Shown here piece by piece: positions 12,921-24,860 of a stretch of 64,000 nucleotides of DNA; the first letter of the stretch is position 1, and each line of letters starts with the position of its first letter. A model generated the notes under the pieces. It searched no databases and was not told where the DNA came from. It worked only from the letters and a program-made list of their open reading frames with translations. The position numbers and the translations under genes are program-made. The stretch comes from Gracilinanus agilis (lineage: Eukaryota). Location: positions 312,207,644 to 312,271,643 of the forward strand of contig NC_058133.1 in the NCBI RefSeq assembly GCF_016433145.1, given 5' to 3'.

Positions 12921-14699
12921 ATTACTTTTTTTTGTGTGACTAGAACCAAGGAAAAGCAAATGAGAGGTTATCCTCACAAATTTAAGTTTCTTAAAAATGT
13001 GTTCTCTCCCTAAATACTTTTTTAAACTTACTTTGTATGTTTAGCATTGACTTATCTTTGTACACAATGTTTCTTCCAGTAGAATGTAAGTTACTTAAGG
13101 GCGGGAGCTATTTTGTTTTTGTCTTCATAACTGCAGGACGTAAGCAGAGTTTGCACTTGTTGGCTTTTCATGTTTGCTGCATGGGGTGGAATGGAATGAA
13201 TCTGAAAGAAGTGTACCGAATAAAATGAAGTAGAAATTGTGATTGAGGAACTTGGCCAATGCTATTCATGGGACCGTGTGGATGTGAAGAACTTAAACTT
13301 ACATAAAGTTTGCTTTTAATTAAATAAATATTTTTTAAGTTAGTGCATGTCTATATGACAGAAATAACCAGACTGAGACATACTTAGGCAAATTTTGTTG
13401 GTTATTTTAGATGGCCAGACAGTTTCCTCAAGTGGTCAGCAATTAGTCATTATATGACTAAAGAAAACAATTTCAGCAGTCTTGATTCAGCGGCCCTGAG
13501 TAGATGTTGCTTCAGTGTGTTTTCTCTTCAGCTCTGCATTCGTTGTTTTTTGGGGTGTTTTTTAAGACGACCCTCTGAGCAAAGAAGACACCAGAAATCT
13601 GATGTAGGTAGCCTCAGTAGAAATAAATGAGTGCAATCAACCTTTTCTACAACTGAATCTAATTACTGCTTAAGTAATATTTTCTTATTTAATTCAACTC
13701 CACCAATATTAACAGAACACCTGCAGTTTGGCTTATTCTTATAGCTTATAGGTTTACCTAAATGTGTTTCAGGCTCAGACTAAGCCTAAAACCAAACAAT
13801 TCATAATTAGGAATCACAGACTGTAATGTAATTTGCTCACAAAGAATTCCTGTTATTATTAGTGTGTTTTGGAGGTCACCAACTCATTATTTGAAAGAAT
13901 GAAACAGTATGAGATGATAAGGATGAGAGAGTGGTTTTATTGTGCACTTATTTATTAATTAGTTTGTGAAAGAAATATTCCCTGTTACAGTGAGAAAACA
14001 TCAAATATTTTATTTAGTACTCGCCATTATTGCAGCATTTTAGGCATGTTACAGTTCTGCTCCTAAGGTTTAATATTTATCTCAAAACTTGAACTCTCCT
14101 TAAAAGTATCTGTGACTAATATACTTTGACACTAGCGTTTTTCATGTTTCATTTTTACATTAAGGAAATTTTACATTAAGGAAATGACAAGGTGATTTTG
14201 GCTATTGAATTCTTAATGTGAGCTAAGAAAGCAGGCAGGGTTATTTTAGTAGGTACCATGAATGGATTCTTTCATTGATATTTCACATTTGCCACCTAAA
14301 TTAAAAGGAGCTGAAAGAATTTCAGCCATAGTTAAATTAGAATTCTAGTGCCAATACTGTTTGGTCATATTGGTTGTGTTTTATGTTCTATCACACTAAT
14401 TCATATTGGCACCAGCATTTTTATGATTCTAACCCCGGTAAATGGTAGAAGGGCCTGTAAAAGTTCTGTAGACTGACACTATTGTTTTTCTGGGCTATTA
14501 CACCCAGAAAAAATCATCTTCAAAATTTGGGCAATTTAATTCCTCTCCCTTAAAACCTAACAATTTTTGTTCTTGGCCAAAACATTCAATATTTACTCAA
14601 AGGAAAATTTGTTTGTGGTGAAACTATGTACTCAAGATAAATACAGTTGGTTTTTTTTGTAGCTTGCTATGATTTTTAACAATTATTTTTACAATTCAA

Positions 14700-15350
14700 T
14701 TTAGTAAACATTTTAAGTACCTCTATATGCCAGAAACTGTGCTAAGCTCTGAGGATAGGAATTATAAAGAGAAAGATAGTCTTTCCCTCAAGGAGATTGC
14801 AATCTAGTGGGGGGAAATAAAAAGAAAACCTAGGAGTGGTCAAACAGGTGGGAAAAGAACCNNNNNNNNNNNNNNNNNNNNNNNNNNNNNNNNNNNNNNN
14901 NNNNNNNNNNNNNNNNNNNNNNNNNNNNNNNNNNNNNNNNNNNNNNNNNNNNNNNNNNNNNNNNNNNNNNNNNNNNNNNNNNNNNNNNNNNNNNNNNNNN
15001 NNNNNNNNNNNNNNNNNNNNNNNNNNNNNNNNNNNNNNNNNNNNNNNNNNNNNNNNNNNNNNNNNNNNNNNNNNNNNNNNNNNNGGAAGGAAATGGTGAT
15101 TACCAGTGTCCAATGCTGCAGAGAGATAAAAAATAATAATGAATGAGAAGAAGCTATTAGCCTTGGTATCAAGAGATCATTAGTAATTTTTGAGAGAGCA
15201 AGTTCAATTGAGAGATGAGATTGGAAGTCAGAATGAACAGAATTTAGAAGAAAGAGGAATAGAAGTGGAATACAAGTGTAAGTTGTTGTTGTTGTTTCAA
15301 GAAATTTGGCTGAAAAAATGAGGAGAGAGTCTGGCAGCTAGCGAGGAAGA
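14700..15350 (-). mobile_element. L2 fragments spanning an assembly gap
   Basis: cattttaagtacctctatatgccagaaactgtgctaagctctgaggata (L2 3' end, antisense) and purine-rich L2 body. Confidence 0.6.
14862..15084. other. Assembly gap (N-run)
   Basis: Run of N. Confidence 1.
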
Positions 15351-16518
15351 AAGAATCTAGAAAGACTGAATGTTGCTGATGTGTTTCTCCATGAATTGCA
15401 TGTGGAATCAACACCTTTAAATTTCTTAATTTAAGTGAAAATTTCTATCTTGAAACCTTTAATAAATAAAAAAGTTGTTTGAATTTCATACATATTGCCC
15501 TCATCCTAGTAATTTAGACACAAAAAGTCATTTTCATCTATGTGCAGGTCCAATCGATGTAGAAATCCTTACTTAAGCAAATAATTAATCTTGAGTATAG
15601 AAATATAAAAAAGAACTACAGGTTACTAATAATTCCTTCTATTGTTGAAATTATTCACAGAGATCTTCAATCATTTAACCAACCAAGTGTTTATTAAATG
15701 CCTGATATATATTCTGCACTGTATTAGTTCTCTCTATGGCCAGAACATATATTTATTATGTTGACCAGAGTTCAGGGTATTGTAATTGCTCAATAAATCC
15801 CATGAAATATTGTCTGATTCCCTTCCTCACATGTAGGAGTGAGACTGGATGGTTTAAACTTATTTTGGCATAAACAGATTGGTTTGGCGCAAAAACAGTG
15901 GAGAAGGAATATTTACTTTGGTTCCCTTTTTTACTGTGATTTGGCCCTCTGTGGTGAAAGCATCTAGCCCCATACCAAGGTATCTGCAGGGTAGGAATGA
16001 GGATTGGAATGAGTGCCATGAATAATATGAGTGGGTCAATTATATAGCGGCCATGGCTATTTCTTTCCTCTGTCATGTGCTGATACCACTTTGCAAATGT
16101 CATAAACAGTCTGTTTCCATATCAGTTTCAGAGGCCACTGGCTCATTCAGAAATTCTAAAAAAGTAGGCTAAAATAGGTTATATTTTCCATGCACTTTCC
16201 TAGATATAGACGAAAATTAGGTGGATAGAAACAATGAAAATGAATGATTAAGAATGAGAAAAATATAACTAATAAGAACTAGGCCAAAAAATCATAAATT
16301 GAGAGTCTGAAAGAATATCAGAAATTATCTAGTCCAACCCACTCATCTGATAGATGAATACACCGAGAGAAATTGAATGACTTGAGTAAGGCCACACAAT
16401 TGGTGTTAGCGGCAAAATTTTAATCTAGATTTTCTGACTCCAGTGCTAATGAATTTTTAATAAACTTAGTCCAAATAAATAAATATTTATAAACTGAGAA
16501 AGAATATTTATTTTGTTA

Positions 16519-16780
16519 GGGACAGCTAGGTAGCACAGGGGATGGAGTGCCAGTCCTGGAAATCAGAGGGACTCTTCTTTCTGAGTTCAAATCTGGCCTC
16601 AGACACTTACTAGCTGTGTGACCCTGAACAAGTCATTTAACCCTGTTTGCCTCTGTTTTCTCATATGTAAAATGAGCTGGAGAAGGAAATGGTAAACAAC
16701 TCCAGCATCTATTTTTGCCAAGAAACACCCCAAATGGGGTCACTAAGGGTTGGACATGACTGGAAAATGACTGAACAGAC
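16519..16780 (+). mobile_element. Mar1 SINE
   Basis: gggacagctaggtagcac..ctgagttcaaatctggcctcagacac..ggagaaggaaatggtaaacaactccagc..gccaagaaacaccccaaatggggtcac..gactgaac. Confidence 0.9.
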
Positions 16781-17559
16781 ATTATTTTATTAGTGTAGAA
16801 ATGCTTCAGCCACCATTGAATCTTTAACTCTCTTACATCATTTCCAGAAATTCTTTCCCAATCAATCTGTATCCCTGAGTTACCGCAAACATAAACCTTA
16901 TTTTCTTATTCATATTCTGCAGAATCCTCCTAGAGACATTATTAATATTATAATATTGTATTATATATTATGACATTATATTATAGAAGTCTACAAGATC
17001 TCTCATATTCATCCTCTTCTTTTCATTTGTATAGCATCTTGCCTGGTTAGGTTGCTCATCAGGTCTCACATTTATTACAGTAGCCTCTTAACTGGCCTCC
17101 CTGCCTCCAGCCTCCCCTTCAACAATCTGACCTCACCAGAAATAGCAAACAATTCCAATACAAATTCCTAAAATGATGTAAAAACACATTTCCTCCCACT
17201 TAGCTTCATATTGATGGGTGAAAATAAGCAAAATCATTTCTTTGAAATGCAAATTATGTATTTAAAATTTTGGTAAATATTATTTGGAAATGCTACAAAT
17301 ATTTAAAGAGGTAGTATGAATAAACTTAACATTTTAGGAAAATTCAATTCAATAAAGACTTATTAAGCACCTATTGTCGGCCAGACACTGTGTAAATGCC
17401 AAGATTTGTAGATGCCAGTTTGAGAAGACAAATAGGAGCTTGATTTAAGAAGGATAACTAATACCAATTCTGAGAAACCTCAAGGGGATCCCATGAGTCT
17501 AAAAAAATTGATACTTCTAATTTGCAAAAAGTATTTTCTCAATGCAAGAAAGAAACATG

Positions 17560-17790
17560 GTGTCGTGCTTAGAGAGCCAGTCTTGAAACCAGGAAGATGT
17601 GTGCCAAAATCCCTCCTCTGATCAAACTGACTCTGTGACCCTGGCAAATCAGTTAACCATTTAGTGCCCTAAAGCAACTCTCTAAAACTATCAGTTACAC
17701 AGAAAGTGCTGACCTGCATTACTAAAGGAAATTTCCTTACATGGGTTTTCCCTATACAAATGAAGTCTCAGGGCCAGTCCAGTCCTTTCC
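17560..17790 (+). mobile_element. Marsupial CORE-SINE (MdoRep1/MIR-Mars-like)
   Basis: CORE followed by gcaactctctaaaactatcagttacacagaaagtgctgacctgcatt..ccctatacaaatgaagtctcaggg. Confidence 0.65.
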
Positions 17791-17875
17791 TTCTCAGTAT
17801 AGGGATTAACACATTTTGTCCTTATCCTCATCAACAACTTCTTTTCCCTGGGACATGGATAAAGGAAAAGTTAAG

Positions 17876-18110
17876 TGGTACAGTAGATAGAAGACTGGAT
17901 TTGGAATCAGGAAAACACACTTTGTGAGTTCAAATCCATCCTCAGATACTTACTAGCTGTGTTACCCTAGGCCAGACACTTCACCCTGCTTACCTCAGTT
18001 CCTCATCTGTAAAATGAACTGGAGAAGGAAATGGCAAACCACTCCAGTATCTTTGCCAAGAAAATCCCATAATGAGGTTACAAAGAGTCAGACAACTGAC
18101 ACAACTGAAC
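17876..18110 (+). mobile_element. Mar1 SINE
   Basis: gagttcaaatcc..ggagaaggaaatggcaaaccactccagtatctttgccaagaaaa..aagagtcagacaactgacacaactgaac. Confidence 0.9.
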
Positions 18111-18639
18111 TTAGTTTCAAAAATAGCTCATGCAGTGGATTGAAATAACATCACTTATTAAACTATTGCTCATGTGGGGGGTAGAATTCATATATATATA
18201 TATGCATATATATATAATATACACACATATGTATGTAAATATATTCAACCAAGCTCTGCTTGTTTTCAGTGTTCTTCTTTAGATTGGATATGATCCGGAC
18301 GGCTCTCAAAATGTCAATGCCTGATTCAACAATGAAAAATTTAAATTCAGACAATACCATGATTTTTGCAAATGATATATTTCAGCAAATTATTTGTAAT
18401 TTGTTGGTGAAGTGGGCTAGGAGCTAAAAGTATATTGTCATCTACAAAGAGGAAAGAAAAATTATTGTTCACAGTTTTGGGAAGAAGATTTACTGTCAAC
18501 GTCTATATATCATCAGAAAACATTATAGAGTGTGTAAGCTCCTTGAGGGCAGGGGCTGCCTTGTTTTATATTTGTAACTCCAGTGCTTAGCATAGTGCCT
18601 AAAATTTTTAAAGCATTTAATAAATATTATTCATCAGCA

Positions 18640-18830
18640 TCTGAGAGGCATCATGATACTATAGAATAGGCATTGAGCTTGAAGCAAAGAGATATCTGGG
18701 TTCACTTTCAGGCCCCAACATTTACTAACTGTGTGACTCTGGGCAAGTTATGGAACCTCATTACCTCATCCATAAAACTGGTTGTTGTGAAGAAGAAAGT
18801 TCTTAGCAAAGTTGAAAATGTTGTAAACTT
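18640..18830 (+). mobile_element. MIR SINE
   Basis: gaggcatcatgatactatagaatagg..tactaactgtgtgactctgggcaagtta. Confidence 0.65.
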
Positions 18831-19492
18831 CTGAATGTCTCTGTGTGTATTATTCTAATTATCCATATACATTGGGACCCTATCTTATAGCCAGTGGGCT
18901 TGGGGTGCTAGAAGGTAGTTAAGGGTCATCTAGCCATATATACATATGGAATACAGCTGTTTCCTGGAGTACCAGCTCCTTTGTCCTTCAGCTTCATTTC
19001 CCACAAGGCACCACTCTTCTGGACCCCTCCCCACGATCCAGAAACCTCTTCATCCTGATAGACCACTTCAGTCCTGGAATTCTCACTTCAGAAATATGCT
19101 CAGCTGCTGGGGCACCTCTCTCTGATTAGACAGATCCTTCTGGAACTTCCATTTAAGGAGGGCACTCAAGCTAGCTCTCTTTTCATTTGCTATCAAGGGA
19201 TACTTTTCTGGATTTCTCCATCATGCCCCTCTCTTAACTTACACACAGTTCTTCAGCTTCCTTTTCTATGTTGTCTTCCTCATTAGTGTGCCAACAATTT
19301 GAGGACAAAAACTTTATTTTTTTGCTTGTATTTATATTCCAGACTCCTAATGTGGTACCTGGCACATTGTAAATGTTTAATAAATTCTTGTTTACTATAT
19401 GTGTTATTGTGGACAGCTATTCTACTTCATCAATTATGTTTGGCAGTTTTCACGTTCATTGACCCAGAGAGTTAAGAGTTAAATATAAATGT

Positions 19493-19714
19493 GGCAGCTA
19501 GATGACACAATAAATAAAGTGCTGGACGAGAATTCAGGAAGACAAATCTTCCTGAATTCAAATCCAGCCTCAGATATGTATTAGCTGTGGGACCTTGGGC
19601 AAGTCACTTAACCGCCTTGGTTTTCTCATCTGTAAAATAAGATGGAGAAGGAAATGTCAAATCACATGGGGTCATGAAGAGTCTGACACTACTGAAACAA
19701 CTCATCAACAACAA
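19493..19714 (+). mobile_element. Mar1 SINE
   Basis: ggcagctagatgacac..gaattcaaatccagcctcag..ggagaaggaaatg..gaagagtctgacactactgaaacaac. Confidence 0.85.
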
Positions 19715-20599
19715 ATAATTGTAGCATTGAGATGCAGTGGGAGACCCATTTTCAGGGACTTACAAACCCAAGAGAATATAGTCACCTTGAATTGCTATGT
19801 TTAGTCTAACAATAGTTCTATTGCTTTAGATTTTGGGGGAGCTGTCTCCTTTGAAACTTTAATGACTAGTTTATGAATTACATGATAAAAACAGCATGAT
19901 CACTTAATAGTTACATCACATTTGGGACCCAGATTGATGTTATCTATCTCTCTTCTTAGAAATCCAAATGGCTTTGACCTGTTTCACAAAATTAAATTTA
20001 ACAAATCTACAAAAGACAAAGACTTACTGCCATAAAAATGTTCAAGAGAATGTGACATGGTCACTAAAGACATTTATAAACAAAGAGGAGCCCCCCAAAA
20101 GTTTGGAGCAGTGACATAGGCTCTAGAATCAATCTTTATCTTTGGAAGGGGGCCAATTTAAAATTCATTTGGATGTATAATTCTGGTGTATTTGTGAAAA
20201 TAAAGTTCTTGTTGCTTGAGGCTTATACACATCAAAGATGGATTTTGTCCGAGGTTTTCTGTTGTCCCTTCCAAACCCATATTTACCTATTGCCAAAGAT
20301 AGTAATAAAATGTCATTGTTTTCAAAGCATTTCAAGAGTATTGAAAAGGAGATACCAGTAGAGAATATATCTTAATCCTAGAGAAAAGATTAAGAAACAT
20401 AACTCATTCTTAATTAGTCAATTAACTAAATTAATCAAGGTAAAAAAAAGAAACATAACTCATCTTTGTTGAGATCTTTAAGATTTTCAAAGTACCCTCC
20501 TTATAATCCATTGAGGTAGGTAGTACAAATATTTTTATCTCCATTTTACAGATGAGGAAATGGAGGCTATAAGAGATTTTTAAAAAAGATTTTAAAACC

Positions 20600-20790
20600 T
20601 CACACTTTAATTTCTTTAACTATATGCTTACATAGTCATAAATCTGGCACATACTGGCTATGTGATCCTGAGCATGACACTTAACCTGCCAGTGAACTTG
20701 GCTACCCTCTAAGTCCATAAGTTGTAGAGAAGGTACAAACTGCATGGATAAAGGGCATTCCTTTTCCCAGGAGTTCCCTATAGCAGTAAA
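20600..20790 (+). mobile_element. Marsupial CORE-SINE (MdoRep1/MIR-Mars-like)
   Basis: catactggctatgtgatcctgagcatgacacttaacc..taagttgtagagaaggt..ggagttccctatagcagtaaaa. Confidence 0.6.
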
Positions 20791-21269
20791 ACCTTAAGTT
20801 TAATATTCATATATACTTATATCTATCCATAAAATGGGCCAGACAAAGGAAACACATTTTTATATTACTTTTGAATAAAGCCTGATTCTAATTCCTGTGA
20901 GTTGATATTATCAACCCAGCAAAATCAGAATCATGAGAAAAGAATAAATAACTGGTAAACAGTGTGGCATTTAATACTGGAATATGGCCATGTTTTTTTA
21001 ATGTCCTTAGAGATATAATTTTGAACATCATTCAACTTATTTATCATTTTATATCATTTTAATTTCCCTTTAGGTTAGTCTAAGTTTTGAAGTAATTTAT
21101 TCTGATGCTTTAAGGAAACAACTATATGATGATAATTTAATAGATAGTAAGAGATGTTAAGTACTATTGCTACATAAGAAATAGCTAAGTGATATATTTT
21201 ATCATATAAATATAGACAATGTTAACTAGAAAGCATGTGGGAAAATGAATGATACTTCATTAGTGTCTT

Positions 21270-21410
21270 AATTAAATCATAGTTTTAGAGCTGGAAGGAA
21301 TCTTAGAGGCCATCTAGTTCAAACTCCTCATTTTATAGGTTAAGGTTACCAGACTTCTAACTCAGGTCTATTAACTCCAGAATCCACCATTCTACCAGTA
21401 AATCATACTG
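21270..21410 (-). mobile_element. MIR3-like SINE, antisense
   Basis: aaatcatagttttagagctggaaggaatcttagaggccatctagttcaaactcctcattttatag. Confidence 0.65.
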
Positions 21411-21510
21411 TTTCCCTTTGGATTAATCTATACTTAATATAATTTTCTAATTTTTCTGATTTGGTTGATGGGATTGGAGGATTTGTTTCTATTTTCTTAT
21501 CTTGATGGGT

Positions 21511-22177
21511 TTTTTTTAGGTTAGGTTTCCATATCTCAGTAATGGCAAACCTTTTAGAGACAGTGCTAGGTCCCACCCCCACCCTGCCCACCAGACCAAT
21601 TACCTTGCTTGGACCCCCCCAGAGACCATGTGCTGTGCCCCTTCCCCCCAACCAAGTGTCAAGCATGCCCTGTCCCCTCCTTCCTCCACACAGTGGTGGG
21701 AGAAAATGCTCCTATGGGGCTGCTGGGCAGAGGGGTTGGGGGATGTGAAAAAATGCCATCAGGCATGGTGGAGAGAGAGAAGCGAGCAGCTCAACCCAAG
21801 TCCTTCTGCCTTTTTAGTAACAAACTCTGGGGGAGGAGGAAGGCAACCATGTGCCCACAGAGAGAGTTCTGGGTGCCAATTTTGGTACCTGTGCCATAGG
21901 TTTGCCATCCCTGCCATATCTCATTCCATCTAAAAGTGAAATCACCACCAATGGGCTCAATCCCACTGCTCAGACAGCACTAGATCTTTGACTTAATCCA
22001 TTTCCAACCTGAGTTGGATCTTCATGATTCTTCCCTCTTTGGAGTTATTATATTGGCATTGGACTTGACCCACTCAGTCTAAGCCCTATTTTAGTTCAGA
22101 ACTCCCAAGCTCAAGATATCCACCAGTTTTAGCCTCCCCCAGCAGCAGGGATTATTGACATGGACCACCTCACCTGG
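21511..22177 (-). mobile_element. 7SL (SRP RNA)-derived retrocopy, P7SL_MD-like, interrupted by a hAT MITE
   Basis: Reverse complement of 21922-22177 aligns by eye along 7SL, including Alu domain (ggaggctaaaactggtggatatcttgagcttgggagttctg) and S domain (caggttggaaatgg..gtcaaa..gtgctg..agcagtgggattgagcc); its 3' end and A-tail appear to resume at 21511-21536. Confidence 0.8.
21537..21913 (+). mobile_element. Non-autonomous hAT DNA transposon (MITE), hAT1-like termini
   Basis: TIRs CAGTAATGGCAAACCT ... AGGTTTGCCATCCCTG; perfect 8-bp TSD CCATATCT at 21529-21536 and 21914-21921. Confidence 0.93.
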
Positions 22178-23514
22178 ACTAGATGGATTTGTAATAATTT
22201 TCTTAGAGAAAAGTAGCATGAAAACATATACTTCTAAAACAACTAGTAGCCCAGTTTTAAGCAACATTGTATATATTATTGAAAAGGTGTGTAATGACCA
22301 AAAATGCCAATAAAATTGATAAAGAAGATTGCTATTTGTTGCAATTTAAAGTTGAACTAATATTATTTACTGGACATATGCGTAATTAGGACATCAGTAT
22401 CCAAAGATACAAGTGCAATTGTTACATATTTCTTTTAAGTGTTCTTGAACCCTGGGTAAGGTTTAAATTGCAGGGTCTCATCTACTTTTTGAATAAAATT
22501 TCTGAAAAGCCATGGCCTGTTAAAATAGCCAGTACAATAGATAAATAAAATCTAGTTATCAGTAGCATAGTTCTCAGGAGAATCCTTTGGTAAGAAATAA
22601 ATCTGTTTCCTGCCCCCGTACTCTCTATCTGACTATTTTCAATTACCTTCCTTCACAAGCCTCTTAGCTAGGCCAAGTCTTCCTTAGGGACTGATTCCTC
22701 TCAAGTTAGGAAGAGGATAAAGATCTGGGTCATCAAACTTCCTCAGCTATATATTTTACATGAGCCAAATGCAACATTTCTGACTTGCCCATACAATGTT
22801 TATGGAATTAATTTTGGATTATCTGTTAAATCTCTTTCAAATTCCCTTCTGTTTCTTTCTTGTCACCATGCCTACTCATGACCTGGTAAGGGATGGCTTC
22901 TACTTATGTCTTTCCCACATTTTAGTATGTCCTGGATGAAATGATTCTATAACTTTCTCCATCCAACTCTGAAGCTTAATCTCTGTTGATTCCCATTACA
23001 CACTACCTAAGCTTTTGTAGGCTTGGCTACTTACCTGATATGTAAAGGATGATTGGCTTGCTGCTCTGAGTGCCAGGTTAATGGCATTTTATCTGGGATG
23101 AAGTAGATTAGAAACAACACAATACATTAGGCTACTCACCATGACACTTTTATTTTTCTGCTTTATGATCATAGAGGACATATATTCAATTAGTTTGAAC
23201 AAAAGTGATAGTTGTTTTTGAAATGATTATACTGACAAGAATTAACTTAGATTGTAAACAATGCTGAGCCATAGCATTATATTGATAGTAACCCATGTCA
23301 CTTTGTGTTCTTTATTGGGGCTGTAATTCCCGCAGGACCATGTGATAATGGGAGATAAATTTAGGCAAGTGTTAACCATCAAGCTAAAATAGTTTTGCTG
23401 CTCAAATTTAAATTTTCTACTATTGTGTTATTCAAGAAATAGTAATCGTCAATTTTATATAATACATAGTAATTTCACCTTCAGACACAATAGAGTAGAT
23501 TAAGATTTTCCAAA

Positions 23515-23528
23515 GTAACCATGGCAAC
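23515..23528. promoter_or_regulatory. RFX X-box motif
   Basis: GTAACCATGGCAAC matches GTNRCC-N0-3-RGYAAC exactly, in repeat-free DNA; function is inferred. Confidence 0.4.
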
Positions 23529-23974
23529 ACTCTTGCTTATATTATAGCACACTTTTACGGTAGCAGAGTATGTGGAGTATAAATATTCTCAGCTTGGAAA
23601 CATAAAAATACTCATCAAAGCAAACATATTTGTTTCAGATGTGTCATTAAGAGAACAGCTAATTGCCCCATTGTTTAAAAAATATATTAAGCACATTGCC
23701 GGGAGCAGAACATTAAGAGTAAGGTAAAACGATCTTTCTCTAGTTAGTCTTGGATTCTATACTTTAAGAAAATTATTGGAAACATGGAAACATATGAAGA
23801 TTACAGTGAAATTATTGGAATGGGAAAAATACTTATGAAGAGTTTAAATCAGTTGTCTATGATTTTTTCAAGGCTCTTTCAATGTGCTACAGAGATAAAG
23901 ATAAATTATACAATACATGCACTGACCTCAAAGATCTTAAAATCAATTAGGAGGAAGGATGAGTATTCAAGACC

Positions 23975-24140
23975 ATTGTTAGCTCTGAAATCAGAGGACC
24001 TTGGTTCAGATCATAACTGATATCTATGTAAACCTTTGCAAGTCACTTAATCTTCATGGATCTCAGTTTCCTCCTTTGTAAAAAAAAAGAGGGGGAGAGA
24101 TTGGGCTAGATAATCTCTGAGGAGTGTGCAGCAATCAAGC
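23975..24140 (+). mobile_element. MIR SINE
   Basis: tcagaggaccttggttcagatc..tttgcaagtcacttaatcttcatggatctcagtttcctcctttgtaaaa..ttgggctagataatctctgagg. Confidence 0.75.
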
Positions 24141-24179
24141 TATGATTTTTTTTAAATTATAATTTAAAGGAGAATGAAA

Positions 24180-24610
24180 AATGCAAGCACAATATCCAAG
24201 AGAAGTGCTATGAGAATTATTAGTAGAGAAATAAAATTCTCAGGTGAGGAGATAAGAGATAGTTTCATGAAGGAGCTCTGCCTTTAAAGAAAGGCCATTA
24301 ACAAACAGATAAAAGTGGGAGTGGGGTGAAGAATCTGTTCAAGAACTGGGATGGCATAAGACTTGGGGATGTTATAAATACAGAGGTAGAAGGGGGCAGA
24401 ATGAGATTAGAGGATGGAGAGGAGTAAAATACATCCAGAATGGAAATCTGTGAAGGAGTTCATGAGATTGGTTAGAAAGGTAGAATGGAGTAAGATTTCA
24501 AAGAGTCTTGAATGCAAGAGTCAGAAATTCGCTTTCTTCTGTAGGCCATAGGGAGCCCACGGAGTTAAGGTTTTTGAGTAAAAGAATGAAATGATTATAG
24601 CAGAATGAAA
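24180..24610 (-). mobile_element. L2 fragment
   Basis: Purine-rich L2 text: gagattggttagaaaggtagaatggagtaagatttcaaagagtcttgaatgc..gtaggccatagggagccc. Confidence 0.65.
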
Positions 24611-24649
24611 CTAGTGATGACCAGGAGAAAATGAAAAACTACAACACAA

Positions 24650-24860
24650 TATACTTAGGTTAATTAAAAAAGGAATTTTCCAACAGAGTTATTAAACATT
24701 GGAATAGGTTCCTGGAAAAGTTGTGAAATTTCATTCCTTGGAGGACTCCACATAGTATAACAATTGGCTAGGGATGGTTTAGGCCCAGTGCTGCCTGAGG
24801 GCAATGAAATGAATTCATTGAACTCTAGAAGTTACTTTCAGCCCTTCATTTTATGTTCCT
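24650..24860 (+). mobile_element. CR1/L3 3' end
   Basis: aaacattggaataggttcctggaaaagttgtgaaatttcattccttggagg..gggatggtttaggcccagtgctgcctgagg..gaagttactttcagccct. Confidence 0.7.

Noticed and set aside
14742-15172. ORFs of 87-123 aa
   Set aside because: Mostly X residues from the assembly gap.
21403-21933. Overlapping ORFs of 68-101 aa
   Set aside because: Chance ORFs in the GC-rich hAT MITE; no transposase motifs. The same applies to 61151-61561.
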